A stretch of 63,318 bases of DNA, filler included. It is 6 parts of 6 records of this genome, joined end to end, with 100 filler letters (N's around TTAATTAATTAA, not from the genome) between each part and the next. Parts side by side here need not be neighbours in the genome. Positions count along the whole stretch, not along the records: positions 58,235 to 63,318 come from SRR31156797_13914; 5 more parts are not named here. One strand, written 5' to 3'. The notes under the pieces were generated by a model that did no database searches, was not told the DNA's origin, and was given only the letters and a program-made list of their open reading frames with translations. The translations under genes and the position numbers were made by a program. Positions 61,716 to 63,318 of the stretch are shown here, piece by piece. Numbering within the stretch: the first letter of the stretch is position 1; each line of letters begins with the position of its first letter.

Positions 61716-62183
61716 ATGGATGCAACCGATTTCAAAATCGTGAAGATCCTTCAGAACAAGGCCCGGATCCCCAATGTCGAAGTAGCCCGGCAGATCGGCA
61801 TGGCCCCGTCCGCCGTTCTGGAACGGATAAAGAAACTCGAAGCCCGGGGGATCATCGACGGGTACGAGGTTCGCCTCAATCCCGAACGCTTCAACCGCGC
61901 CATGATCGCCTTTGTGGAGGTCCGTGTACGGGATGCCGCCGCCATCCGGGAAACCGGCACAAAGCTGGCAGACCTTGCGGCGGTACAGGAGGTTCATTTT
62001 CTTGCAGGCAATGATTCCCTGCTGGTCAAACTCAGGGTTTCGGACACCAATGAGCTTGAGACCCTGTTAATGACAGAGATCTCCGCCATCCAGGCGATCC
62101 TTTCCACAAAAACAGAAATTGCCCTGGCAACCTTTAAGGAGACCGCCAGGATTCCAATAACCGACACCGAAGAACAGCCTTAG
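61716..62183 (+). CDS. Lrp/AsnC family regulator
   Basis: MDATDFKIVKILQNKAR, ERIKKLEARGIIDGY. Confidence 0.92.
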   Translation: MDATDFKIVKILQNKARIPNVEVARQIGMAPSAVLERIKKLEARGIIDGYEVRLNPERFNRAMIAFVEVRVRDAAAIRETGTKLADLAAVQEVHFLAGNDSLLVKLRVSDTNELETLLMTEISAIQAILSTKTEIALATFKETARIPITDTEEQP

Positions 62184-62196
62184 GGAGAACCCAACC

Positions 62197-63318
62197 ATGC
62201 CCATGTCAGCAAGTTTCAAAAAACGACTCGAGCCTGTATTGGAACAGGCCGCCGCCCATTTTGGCACCCCGTTTCACATCTACGATGAAGCGGGCATCAA
62301 AGAGACGGGAAGACGGCTCAACCAGGCGTTTGCCAAGGTTGAGGGATTCCGGGAATACTACGCGGTCAAGGCGCTTCCCAACCCGTCCATCATGAAAATC
62401 ATGCAGGACCTTGGATTCGGGTTTGACTGCAGCTCAACCCCCGAGGTGCTGCTTGCCAGGAGCATCGACAGCCATGGCGAAGACATCATGTTCACCTCCA
62501 ACAACACAAGCCAGGAGCAGTTTGAGACGGCCGAAAAAGACGGCGGGGTGATCCTCAACCTGGATGACGCCTCCCTGATTTCAAAGGTGCCCACCATGCC
62601 GGAGCTGATCTGCTTCCGATACAATCCAGGCCCCAGGCGCAAGGGAAATAAGATCATCGGCAACCCGGTGGAGTCCAAATACGGGGTCAGCCACGAGCAG
62701 ATCGTTGACGCCTACCGGGCGGCCATGGACCGGGGGGCAAAGCGGTTCGGCCTGCACACCATGCTCGCCTCAAACGAGCTCAACTACGAGTACATGGTCG
62801 AGACCACCCGGATGATCCTCGGCATGGTCGAAACCATCAGTGACGCCCTTGACATCGAGTTCGAGTTCATCAACATCGGCGGCGGCCTGGGAATTCCCTA
62901 CCGGCCCGAAGACAAGCCCATGGATCTCGAAGCCATGGCCAGGGAGACGACGGAACTCCTGGCGGCGTTCAAAAAGTCCCGGGGCTGGGTACCGAAACTG
63001 TTCATGGAGAGCGGCCGGTATATAACGGGCCCCCATGGCGCACTGGTCACCAAGGTGATCAACCACAAGGATATCTACCGGAAGTACGTTGGCGTGGATG
63101 CTTCCATGTCGTCCCTCATGCGCCCCGGCATGTACGATGCCTACCACCACGTCCATGTTTCCGGGAAAGAGGATTCAACGGACACAGAGACGGTTGACGT
63201 AGTTGGCTCCTTGTGCGAAAACATAGATAAATTCGCCGTACAGAGAAACATTGCCAGAACAGAGGAGGGAGACCTTCTGATCATCCACGACACCGGCGCC
63301 CACGGCCATGCCATGGGG
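62197..63318 (+). CDS. lysA: Diaminopimelate decarboxylase (3' truncated; absent from the ORF track because it has no stop)
   Basis: Translated by hand: GTPFHIYDE, YYAVKALPNP, NIGGGLGIPY, ESGRYITG, VGSLCEN, HDTGAHGHAM. Confidence 0.92.
   Translation, partial: MPMSASFKKRLEPVLEQAAAHFGTPFHIYDEAGIKETGRRLNQAFAKVEGFREYYAVKALPNPSIMKIMQDLGFGFDCSSTPEVLLARSIDSHGEDIMFTSNNTSQEQFETAEKDGGVILNLDDASLISKVPTMPELICFRYNPGPRRKGNKIIGNPVESKYGVSHEQIVDAYRAAMDRGAKRFGLHTMLASNELNYEYMVETTRMILGMVETISDALDIEFEFINIGGGLGIPYRPEDKPMDLEAMARETTELLAAFKKSRGWVPKLFMESGRYITGPHGALVTKVINHKDIYRKYVGVDASMSSLMRPGMYDAYHHVHVSGKEDSTDTETVDVVGSLCENIDKFAVQRNIARTEEGDLLIIHDTGAHGHAMG

Overview
This is a composite window of six contigs joined by 100-nt N spacers, each carrying TTAATTAATTAA (gaps at 8112-8211, 15239-15338, 26409-26508, 47367-47466 and 58135-58234). 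Adjacency across these gaps carries no biological meaning, and the taxonomic labels below are inferred from composition and protein style. (1) 1-8111, AT-rich and Bacteroidetes-like: two GH127-type glycosidases and a ybaN-katG-bfr run in which both katG and bfr are disrupted. (2) 8212-15238, Bacteroidetes-like: a type II-C CRISPR-Cas9 locus ordered tracrRNA(-), HU-like gene, phased palindromic array, cas9, REP-like hairpin plus Y1 HUH (RAYT-like) transposase, cas1, cas2, terminator, and a probable truncated first repeat. This is the most interesting part of the window. (3) 15339-26408, deltaproteobacterial-like: pgpA-cinA-thpR-recA, a degenerate amidohydrolase/enoyl-CoA isomerase/TetR cluster and a Cache-PAS hybrid kinase. 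(4) 26509-47366, GC-rich and alphaproteobacterial-like: uxaC, inositol monophosphatase, an AfuABC-type transporter, iolG/iolD/iolE, three deacylases and a peptide ABC transporter. (5) 47467-58134, spirochaete-like: sugar ABC transporter, XRE/SorC regulator, two-component system and MacAB-like exporter. (6) 58235-63318, Desulfobacteraceae-like: sigma54 activator, cheY, cheX, PilZ, REC-GAF-HD-GYP, Lrp and lysA. All family assignments come from recalled motifs; no database searches were run.
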